Below, in pieces: positions 24,123-36,398 of a stretch of 64,000 nucleotides of DNA; the stretch's first letter is position 1; every line of letters starts with the position of its first letter. Origin of the DNA: Mobula hypostoma (lineage: Eukaryota); the NCBI RefSeq assembly GCF_963921235.1, contig NC_086108.1:24986001-25050000 (forward strand), read 5' to 3'. A model generated the notes under the pieces. It was not told the DNA's origin. It was given only the letters and a program-made list of their open reading frames with translations, and did no database searches. The translations under genes and the position numbers were made by a program.

Positions 24123-24553
24123 TAAGTAAAATGGAGACTATGTTGGTATATGATTCCTTGTGTCCTCATGCTATCCTGTATTAGAGTTAGGGTTAGGTTG
24201 GACAGAGAAACAATGAATTCAAGAGAATTGGCAATTATGTTCCTTGAGCATGCCAACATGCTTAGGGCCCTTCATTTGAGCACTTCAGTGCAGAAGTGTG
24301 CAATATGTTGGATATCAGATGGTGGCAGACTTAATATCCCAGTATATATGTACACCAGGGTTCAGTACAGACCTGACTGAGGGTACTCTATATCTGCCTC
24401 TTGACTATATACCATCCACCTCAATGGAGTTAATTGGTACATGAAGGTCAGTAGTCTGTTTTATATTCTTAATTCTAAACAATCAGAATTTATGCCAATT
24501 AATTGCACTTTGTGGTGTTATTATATTTTAGTATTGGAAACTGTAATCTTCCC

Positions 24554-25243
24554 GGGAGGGGGGAGAAGATGGTGGCGCAATGATAGCACGCGCGGCCACT
24601 TCGGTGACGAATATCTGTTATCTGTCAAGTAGGGGACCATGCACAATCCTGATTTGATGGAGACAGACATAAGAGCACAGTGGAACATCTGGAAAACTTG
24701 TGAAATGCCTGCTTTGCTACCGCTGCTACTGTGTGGTAACCGGAATCTCCGGAGCTGAAGGTCCCGAAATCCTCAGCTTTGTGTGTTTCAGTGGCCGGGG
24801 AGAGGTCGAAGGTGCTCGGCAGAGGATGGCGCTCAGGAAGCTGTATCGGAGAGGCTGGTCGGAAGCTCGGAGTTTTCAGATGGATGGACTCAGGGTTGGC
24901 TGGGGTCGGCTGCTTCCAAGGTATCGGCAAGTTGACGGTGCCTGGAGGTTTATGACAGTGAGTTTCTCCCTTTTGCCGCCTGCTATCGGGGACTCAGGAG
25001 TCGATCGATTCGGGACTTTGAGACTTTTTTTTTACTGTGCCTATGGTCTGTTCTTTATCAAATTATGGTATTGCTTTGCACTGCTGTAACTATATATTAT
25101 AATTATGTGGTTCTGTCAGTGTTAGTCTTTGGTCTGTCTTGCTTTCTGTGATATCACTCCGGAGAAACATTGTATCATTTCTTAATGCATGTATGCATTT
25201 CTAAATGACAATAAAAGAGGACTGAGTGTTCTCATAATCTAAT
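24554..25243 (+). mobile_element. Young ~690-bp non-coding LINE-dependent element (Rex/Babar-type ends)
   Basis: 5' gggggagaagatggtggcgc start, CpG-rich body, 3' T-rich UTR, AATAAA and taatctaat tail; no RT. Confidence 0.6.
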
Positions 25244-25837
25244 AGTGATAAGGGCTACCAACCGTACAAGCTGTCAAAAGGCTACCAGGGTGATCAGTGA
25301 CGGGGCCTAGGCCAGTAATGCTTGATATTTAGTCACCACCCAACCTCGTGCAGCAGCTGTAACACCAAGGTCTGAGGTCACTGGGAGCCATGTGGTTGAA
25401 GAAGATTAATCTGGTTATGGCGGAAGTGCTCATTGACTATGAGGCATAGCAAAGTATGATGTAATTAGTGGTGAATGATTCTACAGATATGCTTCATTTC
25501 CTTCATAGATTAATATTGCCTCATTATCAGTTTAACAGATGTTGTACTTTTGATTTATGAAAAAAATGAATAAATATTAACTATAGCTTAAAATTAATTT
25601 AACACATAAAGTAGCACCGTGGACTGGGTGCCAGACTAGTTCAGTTCAGATTCCAGCAGGGCCTACTTAGTCATTCATTATTTCAGATACCAAGTATAGC
25701 ATCAGGTAAACTGAGTATCAAGGAAGACAAGATACTGCAGATTATACAAAGATCTTCAGAAAATCTTAAACCATTGCACTTAAAGACAGGGATTGGCCAT
25801 GACTGGTTTCTTAGGGTCACTGGAATATTAGAGGAGT

Positions 25838-26400
25838 GGTAGTGGGGACAAGCTCCCACTACCTAAAAATGCTCCTCACGGCATGCGCCTCAAATAGCCT
25901 CTGACAACCAAGTCCAACTCCTGGCCTTCTCGTGTGGCTTAGCCTCTAAGCCCAGTGGAACTGTTTCCACTGAGAGGAGATGGGACGAAGGCAGGTCCTG
26001 GCACCTTAAAACCAGTGCTTCAGGTAGATGGAGCTCGTCAGCCTGGGAAGGCAGTCCATCTAAGAGAGGGAAAACTCTGATTTCAAATCTCCGCTGCCTT
26101 GTGGCCATATCCACCCATGGAAAAGGCTTTGGGAGTAAACCCTGAGGACAAATCTGGAGCTGGAGTCCCTAAGGCAGTCTGATGTTGCCTTCAACTTTGT
26201 TCTGGCAACTCCTGCGATGTCACTGGTGCCAAGCTGTATCAGCCCTTGCCCTTCCATTGGACAACATCGGTGTTGTGGAGAGGGGAGACTTGCTGCATGG
26301 GCAACTACCAGTCTTCCATACAACCTTGCCCAGGCCTGCGTCCTGGAGAGGAAGGCTTTCCAGGCGCAGATCCATGGTCTCGTGAGACTAACAGATGCCA
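25838..26400 (+). mobile_element. ~560-bp non-autonomous element, probably RTE-related, copy 1
   Basis: Collinear with 45781-46333; carries ggcag..catctaRgagaRggaaaactct, reminiscent of RTE-clade 5' regions; no ORF. Confidence 0.7.
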
Positions 26401-26689
26401 GCACAATGTAAGCGGAGAGTTGACAATTAGCCTCTCATCCAACAGCCTTTGCTCATACTTGGATTCTAAGAGAGGGATCCCTGGTTCCGAGATATTGAAT
26501 GAAGTTTAAGGATTGTTCAGCTATTTTTCTGTATTGAAAGAAACACATGCAGTTGCTTGAAATTCACAGAATATTTTGGATGTATGAGGCTCACTGAATG
26601 AATGCTAACCATTCACCAGTTAGCTGCTATAGCACTTAGGAAGCGGGGCCACATCTAGGACACAGCATTCTCTGTGATTGATGCCCCCT

Positions 26690-27020
26690 GCCTTTGGGTT
26701 CAACATTCAGCCCACCACCACCTGCATGCCTTAACGGCAGGATCTCCTGTCTACAAGACCCACAACAGCACCTCATCAAGTTTACTTTGACGGCATCTCT
26801 CAGGCTCACGACCTGTACTGCCGGGAAGTACAAGTGCAGCAATGTCATGGGAATGCCATCACTTCCAAATCCCCCGCAAAGCATACATCATCTTGATTGC
26901 TATTTCGTCAATGTCACTGGGGCAAAGTGCCAGAATTCCCTAACTAGCATTTTTTTTAGAGCCACCTTCATCACAATGATCCAGGAAGGACATTCAGTAC
27001 CACCTTCTCTGAGCAGCTGG
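26690..27020 (+). mobile_element. Decayed CR1/L2-group LINE 3' end
   Basis: Degenerate match to 30180-30500 (ctacaagac.cac..cagc, gggaatgccatcact, aattccctaactagca). Confidence 0.55.
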
Positions 27021-27189
27021 GTACAGGCAAGGAAAAAAGAAAAAAGCAAGCAAACTATTGAATGTTAACTGTAGCAGCTACGAGTTAAAAATATAACATT
27101 CACTAGATAGTTCACACCCAGGGATTCCTGCAAGGCATTAATCTGCTAAAGGAAAGGAGGTTGAAACCCTTATTGCAGTAACATATATT

Positions 27190-27694
27190 TTCAGTGGCCA
27201 CTTTACTTGGTACACCTGTTTGTTAATGCAAGTATCTAATCAGCCAATCATGTGACAGCAACTCAATGCACGCAGAATTGGTCAAGACGTTCAGTTGTTG
27301 TTCACATGAAACATCAGAATGGGGAAGAAATGTGACCTAAGTGACTCTGAATGTGGAATGATTGTTGGTACCAGACCAAGTGGTTTGAATATCTCAGAAT
27401 CTCAGACTTTCATGCAAAACAGACTCCGGAGTTTACAAAGAATGGTGCAAAAATGAAAAAAAACATCCATTGAGCAGCAGTTGTGTAAGTAAAATGCCTC
27501 TTTAATGTGAGAAAGCAGAGGAGAATGGCCAGACTGGTTCAAGCTGACAGGAAGGCAGAAGAGTGTTTCTGAATGTACAACACAATAAATCCTGAAGTGT
27601 ATGGACTACAGCAGCAGAAAACCATGAACGTGCACTCAGTGAGCACTTCATTAGGTACAGGAGGTACTGTACCTAATAAAGTGACCACTGAGTG
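27190..27694 (+). mobile_element. Tc1/mariner deletion derivative
   Basis: TIRs tcagtggccactttacttggtac / gtacctaataaagtgaccactgagtg; from ATG 27319, MGKKCDLSDSECGMIVGTR..GLNISE...QRRMARLVQADRKA (Tc1 paired-like N-terminus). Confidence 0.85.
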
Positions 27695-30179
27695 TCGAGG
27701 TGAATGCAACCAGAGAAAGGCGCTCATAAGGTTTAGCAACTCTGCTTGGATTTGCTGGTTCTTAGGCACTGAACTGGAGTGAAGTTCCTGAGCACAGGCA
27801 GAAAGACAACTTTCTGTCCCCATGAAGTACACATCCTTGGACACTGGTGATGTACAGGTTGGATTTCGGGAAATGTGAATTGGCTGAGATTTTCCAGCTG
27901 ATGATCAGCCATTATCTTATAGAATAGCACAACAGATGTGAGGGAGAGATGGTCAACTCCCACTCCCATTTCTGAGTGCAAATATTTAGAAGTAAATTAA
28001 TTCTTTAAATATTATTTCCTTACTGATGGCCAGGGAATGGACATACAGAAACATTCAACGTCTCTGCAGTGGCGCTTGTGGACGATGATGATACATTACA
28101 AACAGCAGTGAAGCCAGGAAGGCTGCAGCACGGAAGCATCCCCAGACACCTTGCAGTCCAGGCCTCTAGATCCTAACCCCGATCTCTCAAGGACCATGCG
28201 TTGACTGCCTGTGCATCAGGCTCCCCATGTTAAACACTCAAAGGGAATTCTCCATTAAGTGAATAATCCCTTGGGAGAACATCAAACTTGACTTGCGAGT
28301 TTGCACTACTATTACACAAATATTCATTCTGAATCTCACTGGCTGTCGAAGTATTTCAGGAAGCAGAAATAGCCTACAGGACTGGAGCGGCTCTTGCTCT
28401 CTGCTGTGTATGGCTGCTCATCTGGGAGTCTCCCAGCAGAAGGCAGCACAACCCAATATAATCCAAGTCTAGAAGACAGGTGATCACAGGCAACTCCTAG
28501 GCATTGGATGGTCTAGTCCAATAAAAGTACCAGCACTTTATGTGTAGAGATTATCTGGTGAATTATGACACACAGCGGTGCACAATAAAAATATAGTTTT
28601 CTTATAACACCAGCATCATCCCAGTGTAAAATCTGAAAACATTCGTAAAGTTGAAAGTAGCACTACATTGATCTAACTTAAGTATTTAGAAGGTGAATGA
28701 TCTTATTTTGGCATGTTACATATTAGCTCATATTCGGTCAATGAACATGCTTCTTAAGGATTCACCACTAAAAGTTTTGAAAGTGCGCAAGGCTTGACAC
28801 CCAGTGAAGTACAAGGTAAATAAACATGCAATAAATGGGAAGATATTCAGAGTGGAGAACTCTTGGGAGTGAATGCCCACAGATTCTTAAACATCGTGGA
28901 AGAGGGTGATAGAAGCATAGTGGAAGATAGTAAAAGAGGATCATGGGATGCTTGCCTTTGTTAGCCCAGGGCGGTGAATATAAAACCAAGATAGTTAAGC
29001 TGGAACTCCATACAACACCAGTAAGACCACATCTGGAGTAACGTATGGTCTAGTTACCACATTACACAAAAGTTGTGAATGCACTGGCGAAGATACAGAG
29101 GACATTTATAAGACTGTTGCCATGTTGAGAACATCTGCTGCTATGAAGAAAGACTGAGAAAGTTTGGGTTAATCTGTGCAGAAACATATCAATTAGGAGA
29201 AGGATGGGCTATGCAGTCCCTTGGACCTGCTTTGTCATTACATAAGATTATGGCCTATCAGACTGTAAACTAATCTCTGAATTCCCACATTCAAAAACTT
29301 TGTTAATTCCAGAGAATCAGGACCCTTAGAGAGAAATCAAACTTTCACCTTACCACTGCCTGAAATAGCCAAAGTTTTATTTCTAAACAGATGCCTTGGC
29401 TCTAAATTCTTCAACACAAGGAAACACCCTCTCCACATCCAATCCTACATGAAGTCATTTCTCAGTTTTCTGAATGCTCGTGGATACGTACCAAGCCCCT
29501 CTCTTCATGAGACAACCAGTGCATTGCAGGTAACTGACTAGTAAGCTATGTCTGAACTGTTACCAATGTATTTACATGCTTCCTTAAAGAAAGAGGTCAA
29601 TATACCCAATATTGCACACAGTACTCCTGATATGGTCCAACCAATGGCCTTCATAAAAAAATGCATAATCCAAATATTTTTGCATACTGCTCCCTGGAAA
29701 CAAAGGATAACGTTATTTTGGCTTTCCTGATAGCAGCCGAATATGAATCATACTCCAGGAAGTGCTAGTCCGAGTCTCGGAGGTCTGTGATTTCTGCCCA
29801 TTTAGATATTATGCTTCTTTTTATCCCTCCAAAATGGACAATATTCCCATTTTCTAGCATTATGCTCCTGTTGTCAAATTGCTGCCACTCACCTCTCTAA
29901 ATTCCTCTGAAACTTACTTCTTTCTCCTCACACATTACTAACCTTTTCTTGGTTTAGTGATATTTCTGGTGTTTTCATTCTTGCTGTCCTACAGGCTTCA
30001 CAGAATTGTACGGCATCAGAGGAAGCCATTGGGATCATTGTCCTTGAACTGGGTCTTTGAAAGAGTAATTCAATTAGTTCCACTTGCTTGCTCTTTTCCC
30101 AGAGCAGAACATATTTTTTTCCATTTCTCTTTTGAAGGATGCTATTGAATCAGCTTTCACCAACCCTCCATAATCCTCT

Positions 30180-30570
30180 CACCATCGACAAACAGTTGCA
30201 GCAATGTGCACTACCTACAAGACGCACTGCAATAACACACCAAAGTTCCTAAGGCAGAACCTTCCAGACCCACGACAACTACCATCTAGAAGGACGAGAA
30301 CAGCAGATACCTGGGAACATCACCACTTGGAAATCCCCCTCCAAGTCACTCACCATCCTGACTTGTTAACATATCACCATTCCTTCATTGTCGTAGGGTT
30401 AAAATCGTGGAACTCCTTCCCTAACAGCACTGTGGGTGTACCTACACTTCAGGGACTGCAGCGGTTCAAGATGGCAGCTCATCACCACCTTCTCAAGGGC
30501 AACTAGGGATGGGCAATAGATGCTGGCTTAGGTGGTGGCACCCACATCCCGTAAATGAATAAATTAAAAA
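30180..30570 (+). mobile_element. CR1/L2-group LINE 3' end
   Basis: ORF 30204-30506 ends ...KSWNSFP...LQRFKMAAHHHLLKGN*, followed by tagggatgggcaata.atgctggc...cccacatcccgtaaatgaat tail. Confidence 0.8.
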
Positions 30571-31845
30571 ACCTTCAGACATAGCCCAGCAAATTACTCT
30601 GCTTTTTTTCCCTCTCTGATTTCTTTTTACCTCATAACTTTTTAGAAACATCAAAACATAGAGTCTATATCTTCTGTTTAACGATCTTTCTGCCTCCACA
30701 TGCCACTTCCTCTTCCTCGCCCAACTTCATTCTGGATTTACATCTGGAGACAAATCCTTTCTCCCTTTACATACACCTGTATCCTCAACCGCTCCATTGT
30801 CTTGCTGTTGGACATTCACTTACAGTGACGTTTCTGAATAAGCAATATCCTTAAATGTATATTCACCTCCAGCTGAGGTGCTCTGTCTCCCAAGAAAGCT
30901 ATTAGCTTTTCTCATCATGACTACTCTTCTCAAACATTCTTTTTATTTCTATTCCCTTAAAGTGAGAGATTTGTATAGATTAGACAATGTTTAACCATTT
31001 TTATATAGTATCTGGATCTGATTTACCAAAATTCTTCATAGTTCAAGGGTGAAAAGGTAATCCGCAACTGATCTGTATTGCCTTCAATCACTTCTTAAAA
31101 TTCTATTTCCCCATTATTACTAGCAATTTGTGAGGAGTCCATGCACTTCATTATTAGTGTAACTAATGACATAGAGTCATAGTTAAAAAAGCACAGCACA
31201 GAAACCGGCCCTTTGGCTCATCTAGTCCATTTAAACTGCCTACTCTCATCGACCAGTACCCAGACCCTAACCCTCCATGCCCCTACCACCCAAGTACCAA
31301 TCCAATCTTCTCAAATTAAAATCTCAAACCTATTTGTCTTTCCTCCTTACCCCTAATATACTGTCAAACTTTCATTATTTCCTTCCCAGCCTGCCTCAAA
31401 TATGCAAATCTTGCTTGCATGTACTCCAAACCCCACCATCCTGTCTTTTCTAATGTGCTGAACACACACTTTGGTCTCCATGTGATCCAACAATCTTAAC
31501 AGTACTCCATCCTCAGGTACTGGTGCCCTCTCCTTCTCATCTGCCTTCATCATCCATCTCCACTAACAGACACTTTAATCTCTCTGTCCTTCCAAATTAC
31601 TGTCCCGTCACCAATATCTTTTTGCTGTCCAAACTCTTTGAACATTTTTGTCTACTTTATTAGGTTTCAGACCCCTGCCAAAATACAGTTAACAACTCTT
31701 TCTAACATCACCAATAAATCAAAGTAGTTGTGACACACAATATACGCAAATAACAGGAATTCTGCAGATGCTGGAAATTCAAGCAACACACATCAAAGTT
31801 GCTGGTGAATGCAGCAGGCCAGGCAGCATCTCTAGGAAGAGGTAC

Positions 31846-31881
31846 AGTCGACGTTTCAGGCCGAGACTCTTCGTCAGGACT
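31846..31881 (-). ncRNA. Minimal type I hammerhead ribozyme motif (PLE-type)
   Basis: Minus strand AGTC-CTGACGA-agagtctcggcct-GAAA-C-GTC-GACT; core intact, one stem II mismatch. Confidence 0.7.
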
Positions 31882-32779
31882 AACTGAAGGAAGAATTAGT
31901 AAGAGATTTGAAAGTGGGAGGGGGAGGGGGAGATCCAAAATGATAAGAGAAGACAGGAGGGGGAGGGATGGAGCCAAGAGCTGGACAGGTGATTGGCAAA
32001 GGGGATATGAGAGGATCATGGGACAGGAGGCCCAGGGTGAAAGACAAGGGGGGGGGAACCTAGAGGATGGGCAAGGGGTATAGTCAGAGGGACAGAGGGA
32101 GAAAAAGGAGAGTGAGAGAAAGAATGTGTGTGTAAAAATGGATGGGGTACAACGGGGAGGTGGGGCATTAGCGGAAGTTAGAGAAGTCAATGCTCACGCC
32201 ATCAGGTTGGAGGCTATCCAGACGGAATATAAGGTGTTGTTCCTCCAACCTGAGTGTGGCCTCATCTTCACGGCAGAGGAGGCCATGGATAGACATGTCA
32301 GAATGGGAATGGGATGTGGAATTAAAACTTATCCTTATAAGCGGAACAAGTACTACACATGCCCCTACACTTCCTCCCTTACCACCATTCAGGGCCCCAG
32401 ACAGTCCTTCCAGGTGAGGCGACACTTCACCTGTGAGTCGGCTGGGGTGATATACTGTGTCCGGTGCTCCCGATGTGGCCTTCTATACATTGGCGAGACC
32501 TGACGCAGACTGGGAGACCGCTTTGCTGAACACCTACACTCTGTCGCCAGAGAAAGCAGGATCTCCCAGTGGCCACACATTTTAATTCCACATCCCATTC
32601 CCATTCTGACACCTTGTCTTTCTCCCTGGGCCTCCTGTACCATGATCCTCTCATATCCTTTTTGCCAATCACCTGTCCAGCTCTTGGCTCCATCCCTCCC
32701 CCTCCTGTCTTCTCCTATCATTTTGGATCTCCTCCTCTTCCTCCCACTTTCAAATCTCTTACTAACTCTTCCTTCAGTT

Positions 32780-32815
32780 AGTCCTGACGAAGGGTCTCGG
32801 CCTGAAACGTCGACT
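32780..32815 (+). ncRNA. Minimal type I hammerhead ribozyme motif (PLE-type)
   Basis: Stem I AGTC/GACT, CUGACGA box, stem II AGG/CCT, GAAA box, palindromic ACGT in place of helix III, GUC triplet (predicted cut after 32811). Confidence 0.8.
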
Positions 32816-33875
32816 GTACCTCTTCCTAGAGATGTTGCCTGGCCTGCTGCGTTCACCAGCAACTTTGATGTGTGTTGCGTGACACACAATGTATTGGTTT
32901 TTCAAGTTCATCTTCAAGTTCAGTGTATTGTCATTCAACTGTACACATGTGTAACGCCAAACAAAACAAAGTTCCTCTGGATGAAGGTATAAAACACAAT
33001 ACATTTCACTCACACACATACACGTAAAGTAAAATCACCACATATAAATTAACAAATAATAAGGTGCATTTTTGTCCTAATGCTACAGTACCTCCTGCCT
33101 GCTGATAGGGGTCAAAAAGATTGTTGAATGGATGGGAGGAATCATTGATAATGCTAAGGGCCCTGTGTACACAGTGCTACTGATAAATATCTCTATGGGT
33201 AGAAAAGATACCCCAATGATCCTCCTAGCAGTCCTTGCAATCCTTTGTCGGAACGTGGTCAGACAGTGATGCAGCTGATCAGGACATTTTCAATGGTGGC
33301 CCAGTAAAACTTGGTTAAAATGTGGAGGAGGGAATCTCATTTGCCTCAATATCCTAAGGAACTGGTGATGCTGCTGTGGTTTCTGGACTAAAGTGGCGGT
33401 GTTGAGGGTGAGATAATCCGTTACTTGTACTCCCAGAAACTGGTGCTCCGAACTCTATCCACGCAGGAATCATGTATGTGCAGTGAGGAGTGGTCATCCT
33501 GCACCTTTCTGAAGTCCACAATCATTTCTTTGGTCTTGTCCATGCTGAGACGCAAGTTGTTGTGCTTGCACCATTGTACTAGCCACTCCACCTCCACTCG
33601 GTAAGCTAACCACTGTTGTGTCATTAGCAAACTCGATGATTCTGGTTGAACGGGATGTAGCAGTGCAGTTCTGTGTCAGCAGTGCGAACAGCAGCACGCT
33701 GGGCTTGCAGCCCCGGCGGGGGGTGGGCACCGGTGCTCAGTGTGAATATGCTCGAGATGTTTCTGCCAAATCAGACTGACTATGGTCTTTTCAAGAAGTT
33801 CAGGATCCATTTAGGGAGAGGTGTTGTGACCCAACAAGGTCAGTTTATGCATCAGCTTATGAGATATGATCATAT

Positions 33876-34223
33876 TGTGATGCTCTGCGGGGGCGTGGTC
33901 GACAGCCCATCTCTGCATTTCTAATGACCAGCATTGTTTATTGTTCTTGTGTTAAAATGCTTTTGTGGGTTTATGGTGGGGAAGTTCCAGTTCATTTATT
34001 GTTATATTTTAACTTGGGTTTGGTTATACAGTTATTTGATTATGTATTTGTGGGTCACCCTAACAGTAACCCGGGTGTGTAATGGTCACCGCCCAATCTG
34101 TATGACAGTGGTTGGGTTCACTCTCCGGGTCACGGAGCCCGGTCTGTTTTGTGTTTATCACAATAAAACGGTTGTTGTTAACGAGCTTGCTTGTCTGTCA
34201 TTATGGACCAAATGCTCGCCACA
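33876..34223 (+). repeat. 5' LTR
   Basis: tgtgatgctctg...aataaaa...tgctcgccaca; direct repeat of 36399-36751. Confidence 0.93.
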
Positions 34224-34224
34224 C

Positions 34225-34242
34225 TGGTGTCAGGAGTGGGAT
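34225..34242 (+). promoter_or_regulatory. Primer-binding site complementary to tRNA-Leu 3' end
   Basis: TGGTGTCAGGAGTGGGAT, 1 nt after the LTR, is the complement of ...AUCCCACUCCUGACACCA of vertebrate tRNA-Leu(CAG). Confidence 0.9.
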
Positions 34243-34639
34243 GCGAAATTGACGAGAGATTGAAAAGCTACGATGTCGGATAGAGTGCCTTATGACCCGG
34301 GGAACGAGACAAGGGACAGAGCAGTGTGGCTCCCCAGCACCCACGGGCAGGGCTCATGAAGACGAGACCCAGAGGGAAGACCTGGGAACCGAATATTGTG
34401 CCTCCCCAGGGACCCCCGACAGAGCGAGCCACAGCGGAGCGTATCACTCGCTTCCGTAGCGACCCGCACCGGGGAGCCCAAGACGCCGTAGCCACGGGAG
34501 GATGGGCACCATGGCAGACTTCGCCGGAGCCACAGGAAGATCAAAGGGCCCCGGCGATTTGCGCCTCATGATCCACCCTGAAACTCCCCATATACAACGG
34601 TACCAGCCACCTGGAGCCTTCGCCGGCGGAGCAGCGTGA

Positions 34640-36360
34640 CTACAGGGCCCACGTAGTGGCGTTGGAGCAGTGTTTCGAGCAGAGGCCGTTGGCGGAAGCA
34701 ATGAGGGCAGAAACGTACAGCAGACATATGGGAGAAAACTTGGGGGCGCTTGCAGCAGATCTCCGCCACAGTGCTCGGCGTGGCTACCGCAAGTTCCCTC
34801 CCGCGGCCCAGGAAGAGCTTGCCCTCCACACCTTTATAAAGACATTGACGTCGGAGCGCCTTCAGCATCATGTTCGCCTGACATCACCATCGTCGCTGGT
34901 CGAGACGGAGAGGGCCGAAGCAATTTTAGCCCCCCAAGGTGTTCCAGCATCAAGCCCGGACTTGTGTCACCAAGGGTGAGGAGGAGCCCGTGAGACAGGT
35001 CCGACCCGCCGGCGGCCACGAAACGATCTCTGCTATCGGTGCGGTGAGACAGGTCATTTAGCCCGGGACTGCTCCGCACCGACACCACGCCACAGCTCAG
35101 AGCAGCCATCGGGAAACGCCGAGGGAACAGCGCCTCCCGAGTCTCTAGCAGAAACCCTCTGTTGTTGCCCCCAAGGCTTATACGTGGACTGTGTGGTGGA
35201 GGGCATCAGAAGCCGTGCGTTGGTGGACATGGGGTCAACATCACTATCATCTGTCCCGGTGTTTCTCCCAACACGGACCAGCCATCCCCGCCTGGGTGGA
35301 CAACGACGGCGGTCCAATTGGCTGCGGTCACCGGTGACTGTGCGGCGATGCGAGGCTGCGCATCGCAGTGGGGGAAAACACGGTGGAGTACGAGGTGTGG
35401 CTCGCCAACACCCGAGAGCCCTGCTGTCCCGCTGGAGGCGGGGGCGTGTGGAGGTGTCCCGGGCAACACTCTACCTCGGAGCTGAAGCCGTGGCTCTCCG
35501 GCAGGGCAGCTTCAGGAAGCGGTCCCAGTGGGCGCAGCAACCACCAGTCGTTTCACGACGGCCCCCGGCAGTGCAGCACACCCGGCAGCGGCCCAACGCA
35601 ACACCGCTGAACCATGGGCAAGCGACGGTGACAGCCAGCGACCACCTCCCCACTGCGGACCACGAGCAGCTGCGCAGCGAACAGGTGAGCGATCCTGTGC
35701 TGGCCCAGACGTGGAAATGGCTGAGTGGGCAGAGGTCTCCGCCCTGGACCCAGAGACCAAAGCCCTGTACTCGCAGTGGGGAACACTGGGGGTCCATGAC
35801 AGTTGCTGTTCCGACTATGGCAGTTGTCAGACAGTGACAGCCATCTCTTGCAGCTGGTGGCCCCCCGGGGGCTCCACGCCACGGTGCTGCGGTCGGTGCA
35901 CGGGCTGTTGGGGGCCGGCCATCTCGGAGTTGCAAAGACGTTGGGCAGGCTGCGTGAATGCGACTATTGGCCTGGGCGGAGGCAGGACGTGGAGCTGTTC
36001 AGTCCACTGCTGTGACCCTTACACGTCCGAGAAGGGGTCCGGCTGCAGTCTAGGGTGTCAATGCAGCAGTTCATGGTGGGGGCACCAGTATGGCTCGACT
36101 GGCCCTCCCGGAAGAAGGGACTGAAAGGGGTCTGGAGAGGTGCTCGACCTCATCTCCGATGTGGTGTATCAGGTGTAGTTGCCTGAGCAGTGGAAGGCAG
36201 TCATGCTGCACCGGGACCGGCTGGCACCGTGTCAGTCCTAAGCCACCACTAAACCAGCGAGGCTGAAGGAAGGAAGTGACACTCCGGGTGCCCTGCCTCT
36301 TGCATCACAAAAACCCGCCTGGACGCCCACTGGAACTTTCGGACTTTGTTATGGACATTG
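34640..36360 (+). pseudogene. Gypsy gag-pol remnant: gag with CCHC knuckle, protease, integrase N- and C-termini; RT, RNase H and IN core absent
   Basis: CYRCGETGHLARDC (35031-35072); ALVDMGS (DTG-like, ~35217-35237); H...GHLGVAKT..RLRE..YWPG (35880-35980); ISDVVYQV...LHRDRLAP (~36150-36230). Confidence 0.85.
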
Positions 36361-36398
36361 GGATTGCCAAGGATGGCTGACCCCTTAGGTGAGGGCAG

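Larger units (their letters stand above)
31742..32878. mobile_element. Young PLE insertion with inverted arms
   Basis: Minus arm 31742-~32327 (tail, pLTR, ORF end) and plus arm ~32328-32878 (VIYCVRCSRCGLLYIGET, internal deletion, pLTR); exact 12-bp TSD gtgacacacaat at 31730-31741 and 32879-32890. Confidence 0.93.

Noticed and set aside
34268..36124. Many overlapping ORFs as a GC-rich gene island or horizontal transfer
   Set aside because: All lie between Gypsy LTRs; high GC suppresses stops, and the recognisable motifs are gag/pol.
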